Source of the DNA: Octopus vulgaris
Lineage: Eukaryota
DNA: 64,000 nt
Assembly: GCA_951406725.2 (NCBI GenBank)
Contig: OX597827.1
Coordinates: forward strand, 54,250,001 to 54,314,000
Direction: 5' to 3'
A program made the position numbers and the translations under genes. Shown here in pieces: positions 12,201 to 25,303 of this stretch (position 1 is its first letter; every line of letters begins with the position of its first letter). The notes under the pieces are model-generated. The model made no database searches, had not been told where the DNA came from, and saw only the letters and a list, made by a program, of their open reading frames with translations.

Positions 12201-13766
12201 ATAAAGTATGTCATCTGAAGTATACTAATTCAAAAAAATAGGTAGTAGGGCTGCATTTTTAATGGTTTATTCAAAGATGAATGGATAGCATTTATGGTCT
12301 TTGCATGCTCTCTGAGACAGAAGGAAAAAAGAGAGGAAGAAACCACATTTTATCTGTGACTAGACACTTTTTATTCAGTTGTAGTCCATAAAGACCACAA
12401 TATTCAATGTCTGATTTAAAGAATATTTTGGTGCTATTTCTAGGAAATCAAATAACTTCTCAGAGGTTCTTTCACTGGCCTGATGTTCATATATCTAAAT
12501 ATCCAGGTTGAGATGTAAAGTATTCAGACTTATTGAATCAGCCAATCCATAACATGGTAGAAAATAAATTGAAATGATTAGAAAATGACAGACAAATGGA
12601 AACCTGCTCCATATTTTTAATTTTTTTTATTTTCACAAGTGTTAAGTTTTATCCAAACTGGTTATCTAATTATTTTCTTTTTACTAAAGAAACTTTGAAA
12701 GTAAATATTTTTGCAGTTAGTAAGACTTTGTCATGTCGAAAATTCATGTCTAATTATATGTTTACTGCCATACTGAACCAAACAGGTTTGGCTTTTTCAA
12801 GAAATCTCATTTAACAATGTTATTCTGTGTTAACTTGATTGATGGTGGACAATCATTGAGCCACCCTGTCACACAGCAAATGTATAAGTCCCCAACTAGA
12901 GTCTAGGTGTCTCTATGACAACAGCTCCTATGACAATAATCATTTCCTATTAGGATTTCTTTGTTTGAATAACCATTAGGATTTACTTTTTTTTGTCTTT
13001 TCTCTTTTATTGCTCTGTGACAGAAAAGAGAATGAGTAACAATTTGCCAGGTGAAGGCTGATGATGCATCTTGTTCCTTTCCTTCCATAAATAAGCCAAC
13101 TTCCATTCAAGCCCTTGACATCGCTTCTATATTTACAAACTTGTTAAATATGTTGTTGTTAACATTAGGTCAGAGCTGTGACCAAAGACACATTCAGTCT
13201 TTTCTATTAGTTGCATTGTATGTAGAACTACATTATCCCCATCTTTCCCCTTTCATATTGTTATTTGAGAGACAGCTGTTATTTCAAGCAGGTTTATTGA
13301 CTGTATAGATGTTTCCTTATTTATTAACTCAAGCTTTTGTGTGCAAATGAAATAGGTTTCTCTACCTTTCAAAAGTACATCCAGTTAGTAATTCCTCCTT
13401 ACTCCTCTCTTCATATCCATTGGTTGGTTAGTCAACCTCAGCTGGCTATAGTCTTGTTCCCACCCCTGTCATCTAGGAGTACTTGAAAAAAATGACCAAC
13501 AAACATTGTTTCTGGCATAATCAGTGGAGTGTCAGACAAAATAGTTTGTTACATCTAGTTGCAACCGTTTGTGTACTCAGTTCAAACACCACATTGTTTG
13601 GTTTTTATCTTTCATCTTTTTGAGGCCAATAAAACAAGTTTCAGTTAAGTAATAGGATTCATTTGACTGTTACCTTCCCCTAACTAGTCCCTTTCAGCTT
13701 CTGTTACAAATTATCATTGCTTATTGCCACTGGAAATAAGAAAATTAATCAAGGTATCCTCTATAT

Positions 13767-14050
13767 CAGTGGTTCTCAACTGGGGTCCATATGACCTAGG
13801 GAATCCATATAAGATTTTTGGGTTCCACACAAGCAAAATAATAACTTGGAGATCCACAGAAGTATATTAAGGGTCCATGAAAAATTTTGATTTAGATGTA
13901 TTTATTGCAAAAAAAAAATGGCTAAATTTCTTTAAAATTTTGCATAGTTCATCCTACATACACAAGTTAATGTGTGAAAAACAAAATAGGAATTTTGAAA
14001 GAATTATCTATAAAACCAGTTTTTAAAAATTTGAATGGCTATGGGGATCC
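13767..14050 (+). mobile_element. hAT-type MITE, truncated by family D insertion
   Basis: cagtggttctcaac terminus; same family as the complete inverted copy at 56280-56617. Confidence 0.75.
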
Positions 14051-14430
14051 ATCGTCATCATCATTTAATGTCCGCTGTCCATGCTGGCAAGGGTTGTTAG
14101 ATGGCTTGACTGATACTGATAAACTGAAGAGCTGCACTAGGTTCTAGTTTGAATTTGGCTTGGTTTCTACAGCCCTTCCTAACACCAACCTTTCTGAGAG
14201 TGTAGTGAGTGCCTTTTAACAGCCACTGGCACAGCTGCTTTTACATTTCACCAGCACAGATGCTATTATGTGTCGCCAGCACAGGTGCTTTTACATGTCA
14301 CTGGCATGGGTGCTTTTATGTGTCACTGGCATGGGTGCCTTACATGTTACTGGCATGGATGTTATGTGTCACCAGTCCTAGTCACAACTATGATTTCACT
14401 TGGCTTGATGAGTTTTCTCAAGTACAGCTA
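14051..14430 (-). mobile_element. family D element with ~26-bp internal tandem units
   Basis: (CAT)n tail; repeated ggtgcttttatgtgtcactggcat. Confidence 0.75.
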
Positions 14431-14809
14431 ATTACCTGCCTAAATATTAACAGTGCATATTACACACAAAAGCTCAATGTTACCCATTTTTCCCAATCAA
14501 GTACATTGCAATATTCAGCGTGGCATGATGGAAGTATGTTAGTCACATCTACTGTCCAGAACAGCTGGTGCACAATGAAGAATTAAGATCACCATAATAA
14601 TGTTACATTTGCCTATGATAGTTGAGAATACATTAACACAAATGGCAAACAAGCATCCTGTGGAGTTATTGCTATAAACCTTCATTCAGTATAGAAGACC
14701 GGAAAGTAATACTTTCATCAGTGAAAATACTAATAAATTATTTAATGTGAAAACTGAATTAATGAATAATCAATTAGGATAATACTTAAATACTGTCATT
14801 GATAGTGAT

Positions 14810-15292
14810 AGGCATTGGTGTTGCTGTGGTTTAAGAAGTTTGCTTCCTAACTATATGGTTTTGGGTTCAATACTACTGCATGATACCTTTGGCAGTTGTC
14901 TGCTACTATAGCTCTGGGCTGATCAATGCCTTGTCAGTGGATTTGGTAGTCATAAACTGAAAGAAAGCTATTGTGTGCATGTAGATGACTGGCTGGATGG
15001 GTGGGTGGACGGATGGACAGACGGATGGATGGATGGATATGTGCGCGTGTTTGTATCTTCCGTTCTTGAAGTCACATGATAGTTGTAAATGATTGTCACT
15101 GTCATATCAGCAGTGTCATTCATTTCCAATATTCTGCAAAAACAAATCTGGCCATGGGTAAATATAACCTTGTTTGGTAATATTTCCCCATGGTTATGGT
15201 GGGTGATTGGAAGGGCATCCAGCCATAGAAAATCTGCCACAAAAATCTCTGTCTACCTTATACACACATGGAAAAGTGGATGCTTAAATGAC
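14810..15292 (+). mobile_element. SINE with family-A head and family-D-type tail
   Basis: A-type head to 14968; different body; ggaagggcatccagccatagaaaatctgcc...catggaaaagtggatg tail. Confidence 0.7.
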
Positions 15293-15303
15293 AATTGTCA
15301 TTA

Positions 15304-15791
15304 CACTGTGTAACAAAATTTTTATTTTTTATTTTTAGTCTTTGGTCAGTAAGTGTTTTTTTCCTATTTGCTTCTATCTAGAAAACAAAGGAAATTACTG
15401 CTATTCCCTTCAAACTTTGCTTTTGTGACTTGATCATCAACGTTGTGAAACTGATCTATTTTCCATTTCATTTCAGACGGATTCAGCACTGAGTTGCTCA
15501 TGCAGAAATATCATTATAACTAATATTCTGCTCAATATCATAGCTTTGTCAGTTGCTTCACCATAACCATTTGAGTATGTCCCTTTGTAGCTGACAATAT
15601 TTGCATCTCTGATCATGAGCAAGAGTAGTTGGGGAGCATCATTTCACTGATGAAAGGGATTCTTTGGGGTTTGAATAAATGTAACAAAAGCAAAGTTTAA
15701 AGGAAATATTAGCCATTTTTCATACTTTCTAAGGGTAAGCAAATAGGAAATAACAGTTGCTACCCAAGGACAAAAATCATGTTACACAGTG
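15304..15791. mobile_element. non-autonomous Chapaev3-like (CMC) DNA transposon
   Basis: ~130-bp TIRs starting CACTGTGTAACA; TTA on both sides (15301-15303, 15792-15794). Confidence 0.75.
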
Positions 15792-16241
15792 TTATAGAAA
15801 TGTAAACATTAACTGAAAAAATAAATTCATCTATTCCTGACATATAAAAATCATTTTGAACCACTGGCTATATATGATTCTGTTGAAGGTACAGGTTTTG
15901 TAAGAATTTAAATGAATGTTTTCATTCTAAATTATGTCGTTTATATCCTTCCATACTGAGTGACTTTTTACTGGTTGACTTTACTGCAGATATGTATTTT
16001 AGTCTACACTAGTAAAGTTCAAAAGTTGCTTTTGAATATGATTATTGTTCTGAGGATACATACATGTTTTTCAGTGTATTTTAGGTAACAATTATGAAAA
16101 AAATCTGACTCTGTACTTCTCTTTCTATATATGTAATATTTAAAGAAAAAAGACAAAAAGAAAACAATGCATATTATGTGCAGGATATTTTTTTCCCAGG
16201 AATTTATACCTCATAATTAGTGATATGTGTATGTGAATAAA

Positions 16242-16695
16242 TTCTTTGTTTTCGGCTGTCCGTCGTAAGTCAATGTTGATTTTACTGTTCTTGTTCAGTA
16301 ATCATCCCTGGCAGATTTGCATGTGGGGTACAAGGCTGCTCTTAATTTACAGCAGCATTGACATCTGCTGCAGGAAAAGCTACTTGATGCAACAGAGAAG
16401 TGATACTTCCCATGTTCTCTTTTACATTTTATCTACTGTTTCTCCTCAATGGCTGCAATTGGTGCCATTCAGCAATTGGTGTCATTCATCATGTTGCAGG
16501 GCCTTCTCCTCCCAGGTGTCTGGGGAGATGCTGAAGTTCTTCATATGTCTCTTCAGCACATCCCTGTATCGCATCCTCTGGCTACCACGGCCCCCACCTG
16601 CCCTGATGCAGTTCAGCATAGAAAACTGACTTTGGCAACCTGCCACAATCCATCCTACAAGCATGTCCCACCCAGTGCTGCTATAATGAGGTAAT
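16242..16695 (-). mobile_element. RTE-clade LINE 3' fragment
   Basis: Frameshifted peptide WVGHACRMDCGRLPKSVFYAEL..RMRYRDVLKRHMK..PDTWEEKA, typical of RTE ORF C-termini. Confidence 0.8.
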
Positions 16696-16789
16696 GAGCA
16701 AATACAATAATTAATAGATAATTGTTTCGAATTTTGGATCAAGGCAAGCACTTCGTCCAATAAGCTAACAATTCTGCCAGCTCACTGCC

Positions 16790-16838
<49 letters not shown>

Positions 16839-17671
16839 TACCCATTCCTAAATGATTACTAGGGTAGTTTGGGGTTTTAAGCTAAAGTATTGCTTGTTGA
16901 AAACCAAGCACAGTATATTACAGGTATTCAACAACTTTTGAATTCAGCATCAAAAGGAACAGTACTAAATATTGTGATGCACTTAGCTCTCAATATCATT
17001 CACAGCATTGGTGATTTCCTACATCTTGCCTCACATTGCAATATAAATGAGTAATTGAGAAATTGCGTCATTTAGGTATTCTCCAAGTGTATTAACAGTG
17101 TGTGTGTGTGTGTGAAGGGGTTCTAAGTTGGAAATGAGATCATGTGACTTCTCTCATAGTCATATGTTTACTGTTTTAACCCGTTTTCATACTAACCCAC
17201 ATCAGTGTCCCACCTTTGGCTCTGCAGTACAAACATCCTGTTTTTAAGTGATCTAAATTAAAACTTCCCATTCATTTGTTTCAAACATTAACTCAATAAT
17301 GACAAAGCTATTTTTACTACATTCTTCATTTTTGACAGAAATATGGTAGCGAGTGTTGAGTTAGTTGGTTTGGCACAATTACAAAAGCAAATGAGGGATT
17401 TTCTAGAAACAGTAGCCAAATCCCCTTCAAATCAAATCCCAAGAAAGGATATATTGGACAATTTAGTCCTCAATGTCCCCAAAATAACAAGATGGGCATG
17501 GCTGGAAGGCATTCTTCTCAAGGATAGCTCAATCAAGATTGACCTGGGTTTAAACAAACTGGGTGGATTGAATTATTGACCCTAAAGAATATAGAACTGT
17601 GAAATATTGAGCAAGCTGCAGCACTGCAGCACATCTATTGAACAGCAACCTTGACCATCTCTCCACTGCCT

Positions 17672-17719
<48 letters not shown>

Positions 17720-19489
17720 CAGCAGTAGTAGCAGCCGCCGCCGGCGTTATTGTTGTTGTTTAGTCCATTGTCAACTCTGATAAGCAGACCTATGACAAAG
17801 CTTGTCCAAGCAATAACTATCTTGTCTTTTATTTATTTTATCTTTTGTGATATCGAAAAATATATATTATATAATGTATCCTTTCTCATGGTCAGGTGTT
17901 ATTTAAGTTAAATTTGGTTGTTATTTCTAGCAAGTTAAATGACTACTTAGTAATTCCCTGCTAAGTTAAGCATTATTAATATTGATATATTATTTCATGT
18001 GAAGAATGTAGGCAATGAAAATCCAAATAGCAAGGAAAACTTGAGATTTGCAGTCTTAACATGATAGACTTTCATACAGGAAACATTTTGATGTTGTAAA
18101 CCCCAAATTAAGCTTAGAAAGACTATTGTTTAGTTTTGGTGTTTGTTTAGGATTAATATTAAATTATTGAAAATGTTTGGGAAATAAAAGGTTTATTTAG
18201 TTTTTGGCATGTGACATATGAATACAAACCATTTCAGCACAATAATATATATACATTCTGGGATATACATACATAATTACAAAATGCAAGTGACAAAACA
18301 TAAAATATATTACAAAATAATTTTTAAAATAAACACATATACGCACTAACTGCACACACAAACACACACATTTGAATATTGCCCTATAATTAAACCAATC
18401 ATTTCCAGTTTGTTCTTAAACTCTCTACAAGAGCATTACTGTAGGGACAAGGCGTTGCTAGGTTTGTGTATAAATATTCAAATAAACTGAAAATTAAATT
18501 GAAAAAAAACAGCCCAAAATAAATAGAAAATAATGTTTGAAAAAATTCATAACGGTCACTTCTCACCTATTTATTCATACCTAATGAAATAACAGGATAT
18601 AAAAACCAGAAAGTTCATTATGTGAGTTAACTAGTGATTTAAATTATATTAAAGACCATAGTGTGAATTCAGCAATTAATTTAGAAATGAATTCTTACTG
18701 TAATGTAAATTAGTTATTTGATTGAATTAGTGGAATATTAAGAAAACTGAAGACAAAGAAATAACTTGGGTCAGTTTGTTTCTAAAATTGAAATGCCATT
18801 GTGTGTTAATACTAAAACTCAATCTAAATATAATAATAATAAATAGAGTTGAAAAATATTTATTTAACATAGTTTAATAATCAGTTTAGCTTTTTGTTTT
18901 TATGATAAATACCTCTAATATAGTGTTACATTTCTTTCAACATCAACTTAATTAAAATTCATAATTATAATTTTTATTTACATTGAAGCAGCCCTGCTAA
19001 CATTAATTTAATTCAGTTTATATCCCATAGGCCCAGAGCAAAAATAAATACTTCTGCCTTGAAAATTAAACCTGCCCTTAAGCAGATTTCAAAGGCTGTT
19101 TCCAAACATAGCATTCCTTTTTTTCCTCCCCTACCAATTCTAGTTTTGGACATGCAACATACTCCTTTATATGCCCACATAGTGCTGAATATAAGAATCC
19201 TTACATTTTGGTGCCTTATTAGTTAAACCTATTTTGTAGTAGATTTGGAGTACTGATTTCAAGAATATCAGTTTTAACCCAATCAACTCTAATTAATTAA
19301 TGTTAAAAATAGCAGCACTATTAATGCTATTAATTCATTATATTATTAAAACAAAAACTTAGATTGCACTCTATTATAATATATAGTAAGCTAAAAAAAA
19401 AAGAAAAAGCATAAAGCAATAAAATGGTCAATCACTTAACAAAGAAATTTCTTTTATAAGACTTCCCAGAGTGAGATTTACCAGAACAA

Positions 19490-19960
19490 GTCTTGCTGAA
19501 GATTTCACAATTAATCTGCCATCATGTACCATAGTATCTCTCTTTCATCGGCTTTATACTCTGGTGAAATCTTTCTCTTTGATCTTTGCTTAAATTAACA
19601 ATTTTTCTGAAAATCTAAGTGACTGTAGAGATAATGGATTTCTATGCACATGTTACTCATGTTAGCCTCTGCATTTAATAAACTTGACTATGTCCTCTAC
19701 TAGTTCAGATTAGTTGTCTCCTTAATGGTTGCTACTAGAGCAAACCAAGATCTTGCACATGACTCAGTTTTATCCATGGAATCTATCAAATAAGAGTCTT
19801 TGTTTTATTCTTTTGTCCAAGCCCCCTTATTTGGGGGTGAAGGGCCATCAAAAATACCAATTCTAAGTTTTTCCATAGCCATTCCAGGAGTTCTTTTGAA
19901 TAGATGACCAGACACATTTTTTTGTTCAATGCCTTTATTCTAAGTTTTAATGCTGAAATA
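19490..19960 (-). mobile_element. decayed DNA-transposase fragment, Chapaev3-like
   Basis: Broken peptides PGMAMEKLRIGIFDGP, NMCIEIHYLYSHLDF, DQRERFHQSIK..ERYYG, MMAD; family assignment is from motif recall. Confidence 0.65.
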
Positions 19961-22900
19961 AACTAATTTAATAATTGTTAGTTGTTTTGATAGCATATAA
20001 TACATCAACAGCATTAACATTGCTGTTTTTGGTATGTCAGAATTGGTGCCTTTTTTATATATTATCCGAAAAGTATAGTATTAAATCTCCATCACGGCTG
20101 ATTTTACCAATCAGTTTCACATAAAGAATACAATGGAGTGTTAGGTAACAATCTGATTATATAATTTTATGCTCATCAGAGTTAGCCGATATGGAAGGGA
20201 ATATGGTGATGTATCTGTATATATATGTGTGTATGTATGTATACACACAAGTATATATAAAAAGTTTGTCAAGGGAAGAGAGCATTTTCCATGTTTTTTA
20301 GCAGACTCTCCAAGACTAGATAGTGTATTCACTTTATTACCAGCCTGAACATCTGTAAGCCAGTGTCTGCTGGAAGGGAAGTAGGGTCTAGTCTGGATAC
20401 TGCAGCAGAATGAATTCTGTGGAAGGCAGCCAAAGTCTTATTGGCTGTGTTAAGCCTACCACTAAACTATCATTTTTGTGCTGGAGTTCATTCAATTGAC
20501 TATAAGCCCTTCACCTACCCTACTAAAACTGGCGCTGTGCCAAGTCAAACAAAATAAATCTAAATCTGTTTTTATCTGAGCATTGTTTGGAAAAACTGAT
20601 AAGTTATTAACATGGCAATACTTATAGAAGCAACACATGCAAAGTATACTGATAGAAATATATTCATTTTAATGGGTGAAGCCTATGTTCCTGTTTCTCT
20701 GATCCACTCTGAAGTACAGATTGTTCTATTGCAACACAATAGATGATTGATTAGCTGTATAAAAGAATTACAATGTTTAGTACTGCCGTATTTGTTTTTA
20801 TTCAGTTCTTTTTAATATTAAGGAGTTTATGTAATTTTGATTTTATCTAATCCTAATCTTCTTATTTTGAATGATATTACTCTCCTTTTATGTTACACCT
20901 TTCCTCTCTATTTCTTTGTAACCATGTCTCCCACTGTCTTTCCTTCCACACCAGGCTCTTAACTAACAAATACTTTCAGCAATATATTTATTGAAAGCCT
21001 TTGTTTTTATTATAAACCAGATAAAATATAAACATCCAAGGAAACGAAGTTGTACTTGTTTGTGGTTAGCAATAATAATATTTGGTTTGGCTTGTGATAG
21101 GAGAATGATGGAGAAAGAAAGGCAGAACAATCTGAGATATGTATGAAAATCTTGTGGCTCTCTCCTCAATCCCATTTTTTAATATGAACCAGTCTGGTAT
21201 ACTTTATAAATGATTGTGTCTGAAAAATCTTTGTACAAGAGGCCTTTACTTAATTCTTCTCTCATAATATTTTTTATCCTGCCATTAAACTTCTATAATT
21301 CCTTTAGAATTTTCTTAAAGTTAATGAAATACGTACATAGTGGTTTTGAGTGGTTATGAGATGGTGAAGATTTAGTATTTGTTGCTTTATGTTCCAGCTT
21401 AGTGAACCAAATCAGCCACTGATATTTGATTTCAAATTACAACTGCCAGTGCTCCTTCCCATATATACTAATCAACCACAACTTACCCATATCTTTATTT
21501 CAATTGGAACTTTATCTGATCCATTCTATTAGTTTTTAAAATTTATTTTATATTAGAGATATCAAGAATACAATCCAGTTACCACCAATTTTTTATGTTC
21601 TAGTACACAAAGCATATTATAATCATTATTATTAAAATCCACTAAAATAGATCACCATCATCATTATTTTTGAAAGAAAATAATAGAAGACAGAATCAGA
21701 AACCTGTTAATAATTTCTTCCATATGAACTGCTTAGATGGCAAATCTTTCACTGCCTGGCTTTTGGAGTCCTTTAACAGAATCCACACTGTCGCTAACAT
21801 TCAAAATCATGTCTAAGGTTTCTTCCTCCCTTTCTTCATCAATACTCTAAAAAATTATAGGCACCTTTCCCCTGTGATTCAAACCTTAAAAATAAAATAA
21901 AAAAATTTTTTTTTTTAATTAAAAGAATAAAATCCACAAAAGTCTGATCATTGTAATGAGTACCAGCATCTCTTTAGTGATCTATTACCATCTGGCTACC
22001 AAGCCTTGTTGCAGGAACTGCCTGTCCAGATTTCGAACACCTGTTCATTTCCTTTTGTGGAAAGAGCAAGTTCCTTTGGTTCAGAAGTCTCTTTGATGCC
22101 AATAACTATTGTAGCAGTGTCTCTTGATGTTATAGTTGATGATGCATATATATTGAAATTCCTAGAGGAAGTATAGTCTTTGTTTGTTAAATGTACTTAT
22201 CCATAGATTGTCTCTTTGACTAAGCTAGATCAAATATAGACAGAGTGAATGGTCAGTAACAGGGATGTTGTCTGGAATTTACAGCCTCTGTTAGCTAAAC
22301 AATATATAAGAGATGATACAAACAATGATGTCTAGAGGGTATTCTGAGCATCAATGAAAATGTGTCTTTTAAGAAGGACTTTCAGGTTGAAAATTATGTA
22401 TAATTTCGAAAATTAGTTGGTCTGCCACTGATAGAATGAAGTCAGCTATTGAAATTTAGCAGTGTTGTCAACTGAACAAGTCTCTGATAAGGAGTGAGCA
22501 ACAAAACCATTCTCAACAGACTAGCTTAGTATCTGCAAATATGTAGAATTACATTGGACAGCCTTTATTACATATATGAAAGCTGTTATTATAAACCAAG
22601 CCCACACGAAGGCCTGTTTTGAAATACAACTTCATTTTCCATTTGGAATCCATTTCTGTTATATTACATTATATTCAGAATTGGCATAAACATTACAAAC
22701 TTTCATTTGCCTTTTCCTTAAAAATGTAACAAAGAAAATCATTAATATTTTAGTTGGGGTTTTTTTCTGTCTAATTAGGAAAACATCAACTTCATTATTA
22801 AATAATATTCTCACCCATTATACAAATATTCAGGATTTTGTAAAAACCATTCTTCACACATTAGCAAGGAGAAACAACTTCTAAAATATTGAAAAATTAG

Positions 22901-23441
22901 AAAAGAAAAAGAAAAGAAAAACAAATTCTGTAGGACATTTCAGATGTGAAGAATACATAACAGATCTTGGGATGTTATCTGGGAACTCATCTTTCAGTGA
23001 TTAACATCAAAGTAAAGGTTTTCTCATATCTGCATAACACCATCTACTTAAAGTCAGAACTAAAGATTGACTGTTATATTGTCAGTAAGTTCTTTATCAC
23101 ATTGTCTTTTAAAAAGTAAAATTTTGAAAGTTTTTGATTTATCAGTTGTTCATAATCTTATTATGATATGATAATATATAATGTAATTTTACTGTATATA
23201 ATGTACAGTGGGTGGAAATGAAGAATAATGTGGTTCCTACCTTTGTAACATTTATTGTTGTTGAACTATATACAATCTAATACTAATATATATTTAGCTT
23301 CTACTGAGGTGAACTCCACTTTCACCTTTTAAGTAGTCATAGAATATGTACCATGCATGTATCATAGTCAGTTCAATAACCTAAGCTCTTATAAATTTCT
23401 GGCCTTGAGCATTATTAGAAATTAATATTATTGGTGATGTT

Positions 23442-23655
23442 AAGGTGGTGAGTTGGCAGAATTGTTAGCACACCAGGCAAAATGCTTGGCGGCATTTTGT
23501 CTGTTTTTATGTTCTGAGTTCAAATTCCGCCAAGGTCAACTTTGCCTTCCATCCTTACGGGGTCAATAAATCAAGGACCAGTGAAACACTGAAGTCGATG
23601 TAATTGACTTATCCCTTCCCCCTAAAATGCTGGCTTTGTGCCAAAATTTGAAATC
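23442..23655 (+). mobile_element. SINE family C
   Basis: Full length; flanked by the aatattattggtg direct repeat. Confidence 0.85.
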
Positions 23656-24799
23656 AATATTATTGGTGGTGGTGGTGTTATTCACTTATATCAGTGAATA
23701 TTTCAAATATTGTTTTTCCATATTTACATGCATAAACTACCATAGCCAAACTAGCAGATAATCACCCTGGTAGAATGGGGTATTTGGTAGTTCTAATCAC
23801 AAAAGTTTATAACCCATACTACAATTGAACAAACATCCAAAAAAAACCCAGAAAAAATGTTAAAAATGTATAAATAGAACATAAAAATTTAGTGTTTTAT
23901 TAAACATGGCATTATTGAATTAGTCCACCATTAGTAGTATGTTCCTATAAATCTCTCTTCATTTATCATAGTTATTTTCCTAATTGATTGCTTTCCATAG
24001 GTAATTTCTAGTGACTACTATTCGGAGCATACCAGTGATCACAAAGCTGTCTATTTTCAATTGCTTCTGTACATACAAGGAACAGCAAGCTTCCGAATAT
24101 ACAGTGTATTTTCAGTCAACAAAACAAGGGCATGTTGCCAAGCTACAAAATTAGGGCTGCACTTGAAAACACAGACTATTTTTTAAATACTGTTGTTGTT
24201 TAACCCCAGGTTAGCTCTGATTAAGCAGACTTGTGATCAAAAGCCATGATAATTCAATCCCTTTTGTGATTTTGTTTTGTTTTGTTTTTTTTCAGGCCAT
24301 GTCTCTTGGGTTACACTATTCACTATTCACTATTTCCTTTTTTTTTTTTTTTTGTATTTATGAGAGTAGTGTTTAATACGAGGGAGGTTTTGCTGTTTGT
24401 GTACAAAAATAAAGAGCATCAGAATTAGAAACTCACTTCCCAGCCATATGGTTATGACACTTGAGTCAAATATCTTTTATTGTAGCTCCAGGCTGATCAA
24501 AGCCTTGAGTGAAACCCATTGTGTGTATGTGTAAATATATATATATAGTCATCACTAAAGTGACTTAGGTGCTAGTCAGTTGGTGCTAACTAGCGCCCTT
24601 AGTCACTTTAGTGACATCTATACTTGTGCCTTTTGGCTGTAAATTGCAAATAACCCACCTTAATAATTCATATATATATATATATATACTTAGAAGGTTG
24701 TTTGTTGTAGCCGGTCAGAGAGTGAGTGATGGTCACTGACTGGCCATAACAAAAACCAAAATATACTATTGCTCTAATGTATATATACTATATATATAT

Positions 24800-24890
24800 A
24801 GTGGCTTAATGGTTAGAGTATTCGGCTCACCATCGTAAGGTCGTGAGTTCAATTCCCGGCGATGCATTGTGTCCTTAAGCAAAGAACCAT
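24800..24890 (+). mobile_element. 5' head of a family-B-like tRNA SINE
   Basis: gtggcttaatggttagag (A box), gagttcaattcc (B box), tgtgtccttaagcaaa. Confidence 0.75.
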
Positions 24891-24895
24891 TTTAT

Positions 24896-25303
24896 AGGCG
24901 CAGGAGTGACTGTGTGGTAAGTAGCTTGCTAACCAACCACATGGTTCCGGGTTCAGTCCCACTGCGTGGCATCTTGGGCAAGTGTCTTCTGCTATAGCCC
25001 CGGGCCGACCAATGCCTTGTGAGTGGATTTGGTAGACGGAAACTGAAAGAAGCCTGTCGTATATATGTATATGTATATATGTGTATGTGTGTGTTTGTGT
25101 GTCTGTGTTTGTCCCCCTAGCATTGCTTGACAACCGATGCTGGTGTGTTTACGTCCCCGTCACTTAGCGGTTCGGCAAAAGAGATCGATAGAATAAGTAC
25201 TGGGCTTACAAAGAATAAGTCCCAGGGTCGATTTGCTCGACTAAAGGCGGTGCTCCAGCATGGCCGCAGTCAAATGACTGAAACAAGTAAAAGAGTAAAA
25301 GAG
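24896..25303 (+). mobile_element. young full-length tRNA-derived SINE family A
   Basis: A box tgactgtgtgg, B box ggttcagtccc, CORE-like ttgggcaagtg, internal TA/TG microsatellite, (GTAAAAGA)n tail; CpGs retained. Confidence 0.9.

Noticed and set aside
17343-17579. 78-aa ORF with natural-looking composition
   Set aside because: It lies in a dispersed repeat with relatives near 17750, 24200, 51750, 54170 and 58850; no splice context or motif.
24019-24099. Intronic C/D snoRNA (terminal stem tattcggagc/gcttccgaata with gtgatca inside)
   Set aside because: Box C is imperfect and there is no CTGA box D next to the 3' stem.
24001-24186. Missing N-terminal ADAM exon
   Set aside because: Good acceptor, but no convincing donor and the open frames show no prodomain similarity; kept only as a ratchet-point candidate.
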